DNA of 64,000 bases from Paracoccaceae bacterium (GCA_027489375.1 JAIXZW010000009.1:8461-72460), one strand, 5' to 3'. Shown: positions 1 through 9,073, counted from the first letter of the stretch. Numbers and translations are program-made. The notes: generated from the sequence alone by a model not told the origin.

Positions 1-988
1 GGATTTCTTTGGGTGCGTGGCGCAGATCGAGTGCGCGGACGACACGGTTGCCGCCCGCGAAGTCGGTGATCGCGCTGCGCAGGCGGCGGATATGCTGGGC
101 GACCAGCACCTCGGCCGCGAACCATGCCGCGATGAGGCTGATGCTCCACATCAGGGCGGGAAAGAGGAGGGGGGGAAGTGCCCGCAGCGCAACCAGGCCG
201 GACCGCTCTTCCGGCCAGGTGCCGAGGGCGAAAAGCTCTCCCTCGACCAGCCGGACGAGGGAATAGGCGCGGCCTGCCCCGCCCGCGGAGTCGGCGGTAA
301 AGGTGGCCACGTCGCTGGCGGTCAGATCCTCGAGCCGCCGGCCTGCGGGCAGGAGGGAGGCGGCTTCTTCGGGTGCGGAGGTGCGGGAGAGGACCTCTCC
401 GGTCCGGTCGAAGACGAAGAGGGAGAATGCCTGCGAGGCAGTGCCGCGCTCTTCCGCCGCCACCTGTCCGCCCTCGCGGGGCGAGACGGCGACGAAGCCC
501 GTCACCACACCGCCCGCGTCGAGTTCGGGATGGAGCGCCACGAGCACGGACATTTCCCCGTTGCCGCGCAGGACCGAGAGCGCCGCTCCCGTTCCCGTGA
601 GGACGGCGCCCAAAGCCTCTGTCCCGACGAGGGTGCCGGGTGCGCCGCCCGCGTGGCAGACGGCCCTGCCATCGGTGGCGTAATAGCCTGCGAACACGAA
701 TGCGCCGCCGTCGATCATGCGGGAGAGGGCACTGCAACCGGCCCCCGACCGCATCGCGGCGAGTGCTTCGGCTGCGCCCTGCGCGCGTTTGATCAGCGCG
801 AGTTTCGGGCGCACGGCCCGCAGGGTTTCCCCCGCGAGCGCGGCTTCGCTGCGCGCCCGCGCTTCGGCGAGAAGGTCGCTTGCCTGAAACACCGCCATCA
901 GCCCGACCGGCAGGAGCGCAAGTCCGATCACCATCCCCAGCCTGACGCCGAGCCTGTCGGTGAACTTGCGACCTGCCGCCGCACTCAT
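1..988 (-). CDS. membrane sensor protein, 5' part only (gene runs off the window start); probably the sensor region of a GSR-associated histidine kinase
   Basis: My own translation of the minus strand from ATG 988..986 gave MSAAAGRKFTDRLGVRLGMVIGLALLPVGLMAVF... I translated 601-988 codon by codon and found no stop there; the rest was read less carefully. It shows TM1, a ~240-aa periplasmic region, TM2 (LPPLLFPALMWSISLIAAWF) and a HAMP-like linker (HIRRLRSAITDFAGGNRVV). The start overlaps the ecfG stop as ATGA. The kinase domain itself is outside the window. Confidence 0.55.
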   Translation of the reverse strand, partial: MSAAAGRKFTDRLGVRLGMVIGLALLPVGLMAVFQASDLLAEARARSEAALAGETLRAVRPKLALIKRAQGAAEALAAMRSGAGCSALSRMIDGGAFVFAGYYATDGRAVCHAGGAPGTLVGTEALGAVLTGTGAALSVLRGNGEMSVLVALHPELDAGGVVTGFVAVSPREGGQVAAEERGTASQAFSLFVFDRTGEVLSRTSAPEEAASLLPAGRRLEDLTASDVATFTADSAGGAGRAYSLVRLVEGELFALGTWPEERSGLVALRALPPLLFPALMWSISLIAAWFAAEVLVAQHIRRLRSAITDFAGGNRVVRALDLRHAPKEI

Positions 989-1584
989 GCTGCCCGCACG
1001 GCCGATTTGCTCATCACTGCAAGCGTCGTCGGGTCCGAACCCACCAACTCCTCGCCGTCTTCGAGCCCGAGCAATTCCGCGAGCCGCAACCTTGCGCGGC
1101 TGGCGCGGCTTTTGACCGTGCCGACGGCCACGCCGGTCATTTCCGCCGCCTCTTCGTAGGAAAAGCCGGAGGCACCGACGAGGATCAGCACCTCGCGGTG
1201 GACGGGGGAGAGCTGGTTGAAGGCGACCATGAAGTCGTTCATCGCCAAGCGCCCGTCATGCGCGGGTTTTTCGAAAAGGCTTGCGGTGTGCACGCCATCG
1301 GGGTCGGGCATGTCGCGCCGCCGTTTGCGGACGCCCGAATAGAAGGTGTTGCGCAGGATGGTGAAGAGCCATGCCCGCATGTTGGTGCCCGCTTCGAATT
1401 TGTCGAAGCTCGACCATGCCTTGACGATGGCATCCTGAACCAGATCGTCCGCGGCCGCCATGTTCCGCGTCAGGCTGATGGCGAAGGCGCGCATTGCCGG
1501 AAGGTGGTGCGGAAGTTCCTCGCGCGGGTCCATCGGATTTTCGGGCGTGGATTTGGGCATGTCGCCCTTGGAGTAGGCGCTCAT
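985..1584 (-). CDS. ecfG: ECF sigma factor, EcfG family (general stress response sigma)
   Basis: 199 aa with sigma-70 regions 2 and 4 (DLVQDAIVKAWSSFDKFEAGTNMRAWLFTILRNTFYS; HREVLILVGASGFSYEEAAEMTGVAVGTVKSRASRAR). It is translationally coupled (ATGA) to the upstream nepR and lies divergent from phyR. Confidence 0.9.
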   Translation of the reverse strand: MSAYSKGDMPKSTPENPMDPREELPHHLPAMRAFAISLTRNMAAADDLVQDAIVKAWSSFDKFEAGTNMRAWLFTILRNTFYSGVRKRRRDMPDPDGVHTASLFEKPAHDGRLAMNDFMVAFNQLSPVHREVLILVGASGFSYEEAAEMTGVAVGTVKSRASRARLRLAELLGLEDGEELVGSDPTTLAVMSKSAVRAA

Positions 1585-1772
1585 TTCCCGCCCTCCCCGT
1601 CCGTGCCGGTCTTTGCGCCTTGTGCGTTCCGCAATTCGGCGAGAAGCTGTTTGAAGCGGTCCGGAACCTCTTCCGCGAGCAGGTCCTGATAGACCTTGCG
1701 GAGATTTTCCTCGATGCTGCTTTTCAGGGTCGGCTTGTCCTGTTTGTCACCCATGCGTCCCAACATGCTCAT
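1581..1772 (-). CDS. nepR: anti-sigma factor NepR
   Basis: Short protein with the NepR signature SSIEENLRKVYQDLLAEEVPDRFKQLLAELR. Its stop overlaps the ecfG start. I trimmed the start to ATG 1772 because the longer tracked ORF (to 1820) would include its own promoter. ATG 1766 or 1754 are also possible. Confidence 0.8.
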   Translation of the reverse strand: MSMLGRMGDKQDKPTLKSSIEENLRKVYQDLLAEEVPDRFKQLLAELRNAQGAKTGTDGEGGK

Positions 1773-1801
1773 CCTTGCCTGACCCCCGACTGTGATATCA
1801 T

Positions 1802-1826
1802 GGAACCAAACGCCCTTCACTGCGTT
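1802..1826 (+). promoter_or_regulatory. sigma-EcfG-type promoter for phyR (GGAAC-N16-CGTT)
   Basis: GGAAC at 1802-1806, a 16-nt spacer, CGTT at 1823-1826, about 35 nt upstream of the phyR ATG. Confidence 0.8.
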
Positions 1827-1833
1827 TGGTTCC
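1809..1833 (-). promoter_or_regulatory. sigma-EcfG-type promoter for nepR-ecfG-sensor operon (GGAAC-N16-CGTT)
   Basis: On the minus strand, GGAAC at 1833-1829, a 16-nt spacer, CGTT at 1812-1809. Together with the plus-strand motif it forms the palindrome GGAACCAAACGC-N8-GCGTTTGGTTCC (1802-1833). Confidence 0.8.
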
Positions 1834-1861
1834 GCCGACTGGTGAACAAGGGGACAGCAAG

Positions 1862-2668
1862 ATGAATGAAGTTACGGCCGATCCGGCCTCGATCGTTGCG
1901 GCCAATCTGCCTTTTCTGCGTCGTTACGCCCGCGCCCTGACGGGAAGCCAGGACAGCGGCGACAGTTATGCTGCTGCCACGCTGGAAGCGATCCTTGAAG
2001 AACCCGAGATCCTGCGCCAGACGGGCAGTGCCAAGACCGCGTTGTTCCGCACCTTTCACCTTGTCTGGGCCAGCGCCGGTGCGCCGCTTGGCACGCCGGA
2101 CACCGAGCTTTCGCGCCGTGCGCAGGACCATATGTCGGCCCTGACACCCAACACGCGCGAGGCGCTTTTGCTCCACGCGATCGAAGGGTTCAGCTATCCC
2201 GACATCGGCGAGATCATGCAGGTCACTGCGGCGCAGGCCGAGGGTCTGGTCCAGATTGCCAAGACCGAGATGGCCAATTCCGTTGCGGGTTCGGTGCTGA
2301 TCATCGAGGACGAGGCCATCATCGCGATGGATATCCAGATGATCGTGGCCGAGATCGGCCACCGCGTCACCGGCATTGCCCGCACGCGGTCGGCGGCGGT
2401 GGAGCTGGCGGCGCGGGACCGTCCCGACCTGATCCTTGCCGATATCCAGCTTGCCGACCAATCCTCGGGCATCGACGCGGTGAACGACATCCTGCGGCAG
2501 TTCGACGATATCCCCGTGATCTTCATCACGGCCTTTCCCGAACGGTTGCTGACCGGCAAGAAGCCCGAACCGGCCTTTCTTATCGCCAAGCCCTATTCGG
2601 AGGCGCAGGTCCGTTCGGCGGTCAGTCAGGCGATGTTCTTTGCGTCGACCGAACCGCTGATGTCCTGA
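1862..2668 (+). CDS. phyR: anti-anti-sigma response regulator PhyR (sigma-like N-domain plus receiver)
   Basis: The N-terminus reads LPFLRRYARALTGSQDSGD (ECF-sigma-like). The C-terminal receiver reads VLIIEDEAIIAMDIQ...DLILADIQLADQSSGIDAV...VIFITAFPERLL. An RBS (AAGGGGA) precedes ATG 1862. The tracked ORF start at 1826 lies inside the promoter. Confidence 0.9.
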   Translation: MNEVTADPASIVAANLPFLRRYARALTGSQDSGDSYAAATLEAILEEPEILRQTGSAKTALFRTFHLVWASAGAPLGTPDTELSRRAQDHMSALTPNTREALLLHAIEGFSYPDIGEIMQVTAAQAEGLVQIAKTEMANSVAGSVLIIEDEAIIAMDIQMIVAEIGHRVTGIARTRSAAVELAARDRPDLILADIQLADQSSGIDAVNDILRQFDDIPVIFITAFPERLLTGKKPEPAFLIAKPYSEAQVRSAVSQAMFFASTEPLMS

Positions 2669-2674
2669 CGGGCG

Positions 2675-2803
2675 GAAAGTCGGCTGCGGAAGGACAGGTC
2701 GAACCTTCCCCCCGCAGCCGGGGCTTCGCGCGACAGGGGACGCACACGCAAAGCCGGCAATCCCGACGCCCGTATATTCGGACAGGACGGCAAGGCGTCG
2801 GTC
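2675..2803 (-). ncRNA. candidate EcfG-dependent small RNA (~125 nt), ends inferred
   Basis: The predicted TSS is a few nt downstream of CGTT (2814-2811). The transcript would contain a CGACGCC/GGCGTCG stem and end at the strong 2720-2681 hairpin. No RBS-preceded ORF is present. This is purely a sequence-based inference. Confidence 0.3.
2681..2720. terminator. GC-rich stem-loop downstream of phyR (possible bidirectional terminator)
   Basis: CGGCTGCGG (2681-2689) pairs with CCGCAGCCG (2712-2720), with inner GGAAGG/CCTTCC pairing. There is no strong T-tract on the plus strand. On the minus strand it is followed by ACTTTCC. Confidence 0.45.
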
Positions 2804-2810
2804 CAGCATG

Positions 2811-2835
2811 AACGCGGGATCCTGCCTGCGGTTCC
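2811..2835 (-). promoter_or_regulatory. orphan sigma-EcfG-type promoter (GGAAC-N16-CGTT) pointing toward the phyR 3' end
   Basis: On the minus strand, GGAAC at 2835-2831, a 16-nt spacer, CGTT at 2814-2811. No credible ORF lies downstream before the 2720-2681 hairpin. Confidence 0.6.
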
Positions 2836-3028
2836 CTGATTCGCCCGAGATTTTCCGCTTTCGGTTGACAGTCGGAAATCCGTGGTTTCGCAAAGGGTTG
2901 CGACATACAACCCGCAGGTGTGAAATACATATACTAACGGATGTAAGACTGCTTAACGTATGGGCTTCCCATCCGAAAACGCATAGGCTGCAAACAGAAG
3001 CCGCCGATTTCCATTGCCCGGTGCAGAT

Positions 3029-3562
3029 ATGACCAACAATGCCCAACACGTCGCCCTCTATATCTCGAACCATTTCCAATACGTGTGGGAGTCGGTCGGT
3101 TTCTTCGATCTTCAACGCCTGCTCTATCTTGCGCAGGGGTGGCATCTTGCGACGGGCAAGGGTCCGCTGTTTTCCGACAGTATCGGGGCGCACCGGACCG
3201 CGCCGCTGATCGTTTCGGTCAAGGGTGTGGTGCCGCAGCACGAGATGCTGCCGCAGCCCGAGCTTGATCCCGAGGGCGAAGCCTTTCTCGACAGTTTCTG
3301 CATCACCTATGGGACCGCCGATGCGCGGGCGGTCAAGGAACAGGTTGACCGGCCCGACGGGGCATGGCGCCTGACGCAGGCCATCGCGGGAGAAGGGGCG
3401 ACGATCAGCCACGATCTGATGCGGGCCACGTTCCGGCTTATGCTGCTGGACCATGCCGAAACCAGCCGCCGGATGCGCCAGACCCAGATCGAGGCGCAGG
3501 TGAACCGCGCATCGGAGCAGAGCGCCTCGAACGTGGTGGCTTTCCGCTTCGGCCGGAAATAG
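3029..3562 (+). CDS. Panacea/DUF4065 domain protein (SocA/GepA/PanA antitoxin-like)
   Basis: FDLQRLLYLAQGWHLATGKGPLFSDSIGAHRTAPLIVSV matches the characteristic KLQKLLYxAQGW...G.PLF...F.AW..GPV motif of DUF4065. The start was set at ATG 3029 (MTNNAQHV). Confidence 0.65.
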   Translation: MTNNAQHVALYISNHFQYVWESVGFFDLQRLLYLAQGWHLATGKGPLFSDSIGAHRTAPLIVSVKGVVPQHEMLPQPELDPEGEAFLDSFCITYGTADARAVKEQVDRPDGAWRLTQAIAGEGATISHDLMRATFRLMLLDHAETSRRMRQTQIEAQVNRASEQSASNVVAFRFGRK

Positions 3563-3563
3563 G

Positions 3564-4244
3564 TCAGCCGCTGTTCTTTTCGGGTTTGAGCGACGGGCGC
3601 GGGCGCGAGGCGAGTTCGACAGCCGCATTCGCCCCGATGCCGGTCATGCAGAGCAGTCTCACGATGATCTGGTCCGATGCGCTGGCGGGCAATTGCCCTG
3701 TCGTGATCGCCAGACCGCCGCCGATCAGCGCATGGGTGGTGAGCCGCCAGACAAGTTCGGCATTCGACACCTCGAACCGCCCCGCCTGCGAGGCAAGGCG
3801 GAGGTCGCGGATGGCAAAGGGCCCCATCATGCGGAACATGGCGTCGGCAATCACCTCGGACCGGTTGAGCATCTGCGCCCAACGCACGTCGTTCGTGGCG
3901 GTGTCGAGCACGGTGCGGATGCCATAGGCATAGACCTGCGCGGGGTCTTCGAAGGTGTCCGTCACCTCCTGGATATGGAGGCCGAGGTCGTGCATCAGGG
4001 TCTCAAGGACGGCGATGGCAAGTTCGTCCTTGGATTTGAAGTAGTTGTAGACCGTGCCCGCACCCACATCGGCGCGTTCCGCGATTTCCAGCATGGTCGC
4101 GGCCTCGACCCCCTTTTCGGTCATGATGTCGCGTGCGGCGGCGATCAGCGCCTCGCGGTTGCGGCGCTGGCGGCGGGCGACGCGGCCTTCGGACGGGGAG
4201 TCGTCGGATTTCGTCATTTCCGAATCATATTCATTTCCGGCCAC
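3564..4244 (-). CDS. TetR/AcrR family transcriptional regulator
   Basis: N-terminal HTH: REALIAAARDIMTEKGVEAATMLEIAERADVGAGTVYNYFKSKDEL. Confidence 0.9.
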   Translation of the reverse strand: MAGNEYDSEMTKSDDSPSEGRVARRQRRNREALIAAARDIMTEKGVEAATMLEIAERADVGAGTVYNYFKSKDELAIAVLETLMHDLGLHIQEVTDTFEDPAQVYAYGIRTVLDTATNDVRWAQMLNRSEVIADAMFRMMGPFAIRDLRLASQAGRFEVSNAELVWRLTTHALIGGGLAITTGQLPASASDQIIVRLLCMTGIGANAAVELASRPRPSLKPEKNSG

Positions 4245-4451
4245 AGGCTCAATCTTTGAAACACAGGCTGCCGGTTCGGCACCGAAGCAAATGTTTTCAA
4301 GGGCTTCGGCTTTGGATTTTGTGAATTTTCTTCAAACTTGACGATCATTCATTTTTGGCTAACAGTCAGTCAAGACAGAGGCACTGGCCCGAGGAGGGGT
4401 TGCCTTGGTCGCGGAACCGGCCCGTGCCGGCACTGATCTGGGAGGATAACC

Positions 4452-6122
4452 ATGACCCGTTCTGCGGGCGTCGACGGGTTCGACGCCGATGTCGCCATCG
4501 TGGGCGCTGGCCCTGTCGGCACGCTTCTCGCCATCCTTCTGGGCCAGCGCGGCAAGCGCGTGACGCTGATCGAGCGCTGGACCAACCACTACGCCCTGCC
4601 GCGTGCCGTGACTTATGACCACGAGATCGCGCGCATCTTTGCGACGCTGGGGATCGATTCCGAAACCGACCCCGCGATCAGCTTCCATGACGAGCTTTAC
4701 TACTGGAAGAACAAGGACCGGAAGAACCTGCAGATCGTGGATTGGCAAAGCCAGTCGGCGAGCGGGTGGCGGGTGCGCTACTGGTTCAACCAGCCGATGA
4801 TGGAAAAGCGCCTGCTGGCGATTGCGGCGACCCTGCCGAACATCACGCTCTTGCGCGGCTGGCAGGGGATCGGGCTGGAGCAGGACGCAAGCGGCGTCAC
4901 CCTGTCGCTGCAACGCAACCCCGAAGAGGTCGGCCCGAACGGCGAGTCGCGCAGCCTGCGGGCGAAGTTCGTCGCCGGAACCGACGGCGCCAACAGCTTC
5001 GTGCGCGAGGCGTTGGGGATCGAGAACGAGGACAGGGGGTATTTCTTCGACTGGCTGATCCTCGATATGATCCCGCATTTCGACTATGTCGCCAGCCGCG
5101 GGGACGAGCCTGCGCAATGGCAGCTTTGCGACCCGAAGCGGCCGACGACCATCGTTCCCGGCGGTCCCGGCCCCGTGGCGGGCGGACCTGCGCGGCGGCG
5201 GTGGGAGTTCATGGTTCTGCCCGGCGAATCCGCGCATGACCTGCAAAAGCCGGAACAGGCGTGGGCGTTGCTGAAGCCCTGGGGTCTGACCCCCGACAAT
5301 GCCGAGCTGGAGCGCAGCGCGGTCTACCGCTTTCAGGCGCGGTGGGCGAAGCAGTGGAACAAGGGGCGCTGCCTGATCGGGGGCGATGCCGCCCATCTGA
5401 TGCCGCCCTTTGCAGGCGAGGGGATGTGTGCGGGCGTGCGCGATGCCGTGGCGATGGCGTGGCGGCTGAACGGCATCCTCGAAGGGAAATTCGGCACCGA
5501 TGTGCTGGACAGCTACACGACCGAGCGGGTCGAACATGCCAAACATTACATCAACTTCAGTCAGGAGTTGGGCCAGATCATCTGCATCGCGGATGAGGCC
5601 GTGGCCGCTGACCGCGACGCGCGGATGATGGCCGACCTTGCCGCGCGGGGCGGCACGCCGGTCCCGACCGACATCTGCCAGTTGGGCCGTGGCGCGTGGT
5701 GCGAGGACAGCGCCCATGCGGGGGAATTGTCGGTGCAGGGGATCGTCGAGGCAGGCGGCAAGCGCGACCGCTTCGATCAGGTCGTGGGGCAGGTCGCGGG
5801 GCAGGTCGTGGGGCAAGGCTGGGTGCTTCTGGGCTATGACGCCGACCCCGTCGCCGCGCTGACAAAGGCGCAGCAGGCCGAGCTTGCGGCGCTGGACGGG
5901 ATGGGCATCCGCCTTGCGCCCAAGGGCGGCGCGGGGGACGCGGTGGATGCCGAAGGCACCATCGGCGCGTGGTTCGACCGCATCGGCGCACGTTACGTGC
6001 TGATCCGGCCCGATTTCTACGTGGCCCTGACCGCCGACACGCCCGAGGTGCTGCAAACCCGCTTCGCCAAGGTCATGCGCGCCCTGCATCTGACCCTGCA
6101 GGCGGCACTGGCTGCCGAATAG
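4452..6122 (+). CDS. FAD-dependent aromatic-ring hydroxylase (MhpA / 3-hydroxyphenylpropionate hydroxylase-like)
   Basis: Contains a GxGxxG motif (DVAIVGAGPVGTLLAILLGQRG) and GGDAAHLMPPFAGEGMCAGVRDA. At 556 aa the length is typical of the MhpA/PheA family. Confidence 0.8.
   Translation: MTRSAGVDGFDADVAIVGAGPVGTLLAILLGQRGKRVTLIERWTNHYALPRAVTYDHEIARIFATLGIDSETDPAISFHDELYYWKNKDRKNLQIVDWQSQSASGWRVRYWFNQPMMEKRLLAIAATLPNITLLRGWQGIGLEQDASGVTLSLQRNPEEVGPNGESRSLRAKFVAGTDGANSFVREALGIENEDRGYFFDWLILDMIPHFDYVASRGDEPAQWQLCDPKRPTTIVPGGPGPVAGGPARRRWEFMVLPGESAHDLQKPEQAWALLKPWGLTPDNAELERSAVYRFQARWAKQWNKGRCLIGGDAAHLMPPFAGEGMCAGVRDAVAMAWRLNGILEGKFGTDVLDSYTTERVEHAKHYINFSQELGQIICIADEAVAADRDARMMADLAARGGTPVPTDICQLGRGAWCEDSAHAGELSVQGIVEAGGKRDRFDQVVGQVAGQVVGQGWVLLGYDADPVAALTKAQQAELAALDGMGIRLAPKGGAGDAVDAEGTIGAWFDRIGARYVLIRPDFYVALTADTPEVLQTRFAKVMRALHLTLQAALAAE
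5781..5816 (+). repeat. in-frame 12-bp tandem repeat x3 (VVGQ-VAGQ-VVGQ) inside the hydroxylase gene
   Basis: GTCGTGGGGCAG / GTCGCGGGGCAG / GTCGTGGGGCAA are directly adjacent. Confidence 0.9.
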
Positions 6123-6305
6123 GCCCGCGTTATCAGCCCGCGCAAACATAACGCAAAGGCATATTGACCGGGGTTCATGCGATCAAACCTGTCGGGAGGT
6201 TATCGTAGCATCCCGAGGGTCGCCAAAGCCCCGCCCCGTCAGGAGGAGACGGTGCGGGCGGGCGGGCGGTGCCCGCAGGACGAAGAAATTCAAGGGAGGA
6301 CAGGA

Positions 6306-7589
6306 ATGATCACACGTCGCACACTGCTTAAATCCGGCGCGGCCTTTACCGCCGCCGCTGCCGCATCCTCGGGGCTGGCCTTGCCCGCCCTCGCCCAGAC
6401 CAAGAAGCTGAAGATCGGCTATGTCAGCCCGCAGACGGGGCCGCTTTCGGCCTTTTCCGCTGCGGACAGCTTCATGGTGGAAAAATTCCTTGCCGCAGCG
6501 CCCGGGATGGGGCTGGAGGTGGAGGTGATCGTCAAGGACAGCCAGTCCAACCCGAACCGCGCCGCCGAAGTGGCCAAGGAACTGATCAGCCGTGACGAGG
6601 TGAACCTGATCCTCGTCGCCTCGACGCCCGAGACAACGAACCCCGTCTGCTCCATCGCCGAGCAAGAGGAAATCCCCGTCATCTCGACGGTGGCGCCGTG
6701 GCAGCCGTGGTTCATCGGGCAGCAGGGCAACCCGGGCGATCCGGCAAGCTGGCAAAGCTTCGATTACGTCTACCACTTCTTCTGGGGGCTGGAGGACAAC
6801 ATCGCCACCTTCATGAACATGTGGAATTCGGTGGACACCAACAAGAAGGTCGGCGCGCTTTGGCCGAACGATGGTGACGGCAACGCCTGGGCCTCGCCCG
6901 ATGTCGGCATGCCGCCCGCCCTCGCGGCCCAAGGCTACGAACTTACCGATCCGGGCCGCTACCAGAACCTGACCGACGATTTCAGCGCGCAGATCAACGC
7001 CTTCAAACAGGCGGGATGCGAGATCATGACGGGTATCCCGATCCCGCCGGATTTCACCACCTTCTGGACGCAGGCGAAGCAGCAGGGCTTCAACCCCAAG
7101 CTGGTTTCGGTCGCCAAGGCGCTGCTTTTCCCCGAAAGCGTGGCGGCATTGGGCGATCTTGGCCACAACCTGACCGCCGAAGTGTGGTGGTCGCCGAACC
7201 ACCCGTTCAAATCCTCGCTCACGGGCGAAAGTGCCGCCGATCTTGCCAAGGCGTTCGAAGCCTCGGCCAAGCGGCAGTGGACCATGCCCGTGGGCTTTGT
7301 CCATGCGCTGTTCGAAGTGGCGGCGGATGCGATTTCCCGCGTCGACGATCCGACCGATGGCGATGCGCTGGCGGCGGCGATCGGGTCCACCAACCTTGAT
7401 ACCGTGGTGGGCAAGGTGCAGTGGGGCCGTGACAACGTGCCGGAATTCGCGCGCAAGAACATCTCGAAAACCCCGCTGGTCGGTGGCCAGTGGCGGCGCA
7501 AGGAAGACGGCAGCTTCGATCTGGTGATCGTCGAAAACGCCGGCGCGCCCGAGATTCCGCTGGGCGGCACGCTCGAAACCCTGTCCTGA
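6306..7589 (+). CDS. ABC transporter substrate-binding protein (Leu/Ile/Val-binding protein family), Tat-type signal peptide
   Basis: MITRRTLLKSGAAFTAAAAASSGLALPALAQ followed by a type-I periplasmic binding fold. An RBS (GGGAGGA) precedes ATG 6306. The tracked ORF start at 6177 is probably too far upstream. Confidence 0.85.
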   Translation: MITRRTLLKSGAAFTAAAAASSGLALPALAQTKKLKIGYVSPQTGPLSAFSAADSFMVEKFLAAAPGMGLEVEVIVKDSQSNPNRAAEVAKELISRDEVNLILVASTPETTNPVCSIAEQEEIPVISTVAPWQPWFIGQQGNPGDPASWQSFDYVYHFFWGLEDNIATFMNMWNSVDTNKKVGALWPNDGDGNAWASPDVGMPPALAAQGYELTDPGRYQNLTDDFSAQINAFKQAGCEIMTGIPIPPDFTTFWTQAKQQGFNPKLVSVAKALLFPESVAALGDLGHNLTAEVWWSPNHPFKSSLTGESAADLAKAFEASAKRQWTMPVGFVHALFEVAADAISRVDDPTDGDALAAAIGSTNLDTVVGKVQWGRDNVPEFARKNISKTPLVGGQWRRKEDGSFDLVIVENAGAPEIPLGGTLETLS

Positions 7590-7647
7590 CCTATCGGCCC
7601 CGGCGCACAGGTGCCGGGGCCACCTTCCCCTGACCCAAGGCCACGCC

Positions 7648-8363
7648 ATGCCGATCCTGTCGCTGCAATCCGTGTCCCGATCCTTCGGCGCGCTCAAAGT
7701 CACCGATGACGTCAGCTTCGATCTGGAAGCGGGCGAGGCGCTTGGCATCATCGGGCCGAATGGTGCGGGGAAATCGACGCTGTTCAACCTGATCACCGGA
7801 AACATCGCCCCCGATGCGGGCCGCGTGCTGATGGACGGGCGCGATGTGACGAAAGCCCCGCCGATGGAGCGGGTCAAGGCGGGGATCGGGCGGTCGTTCC
7901 AGATCCCGCAGCCCTTTGGCGGGCTGTCGGTTTATGAGAACCTGCTCGTCGCCGCCCGTTTCGGCGGTGGTGTTCCGGCCAATGACGCGCCGGAGTTCTG
8001 CATGGACATCCTAGCCCGCACGGGGCTTGGCGCGGTGGCCGAGAAATCTTCGGGTGGCTTGCCCCTGTTGCAGCGCAAGCGGCTTGAACTGGCCCGCGCG
8101 ATGGCGACGAAGCCGCGTGTGATCCTGCTGGATGAAATCGCGGGCGGGCTGACCGATGCGGAATGCGTGGAACTTGTCGCCACCATCCGCGCGATCCATG
8201 CCGAAGGCACGGCGATCATCTGGATCGAACATGTGCTCCATGCGCTCAATTCCGTGGTGGAACGGCTGATGGTGCTGAATTTCGGGCGGATGCTGATGAT
8301 CGGGCAGCCCGATCAGGTCATGGCCTCGCCCGAGGTGCGCGAAATCTATCTGGGGATCGAGGC

Positions 8364-8367
<4 letters not shown>
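7648..8367 (+). CDS. ABC transporter ATP-binding protein (LivG-like)
   Basis: Walker A GPNGAGKST, signature motif LPLLQRKRLELARA, Walker B ILLDEIAGG. Confidence 0.9.

Positions 8368-9073
<706 letters not shown>

Noticed and set aside
17-1159. 380-aa plus-strand ORF covering the window start
   Set aside because: It is antisense to a minus-strand frame that translates into a coherent TM-periplasmic-TM-HAMP sensor coupled to ecfG. Its own translation is Gly/Arg/Ala-rich, as expected for a shadow frame in high-GC DNA.
1817-3628. 603-aa minus-strand ORF spanning phyR, the intergenic region and the Panacea gene
   Set aside because: It is a shadow ORF opposite two well-supported plus-strand genes. 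It crosses a low-GC promoter region and has an Arg/Pro/Gly-rich composition with no recognisable domains.
4245-4451. Possible TetR operator (TTCGG-CA-CCGAA, and CTTGAC...GTCAAG) in the tetR / hydroxylase intergenic region
   Set aside because: The arms are only 5-6 bp, and such matches are expected by chance. They are not reported as features.
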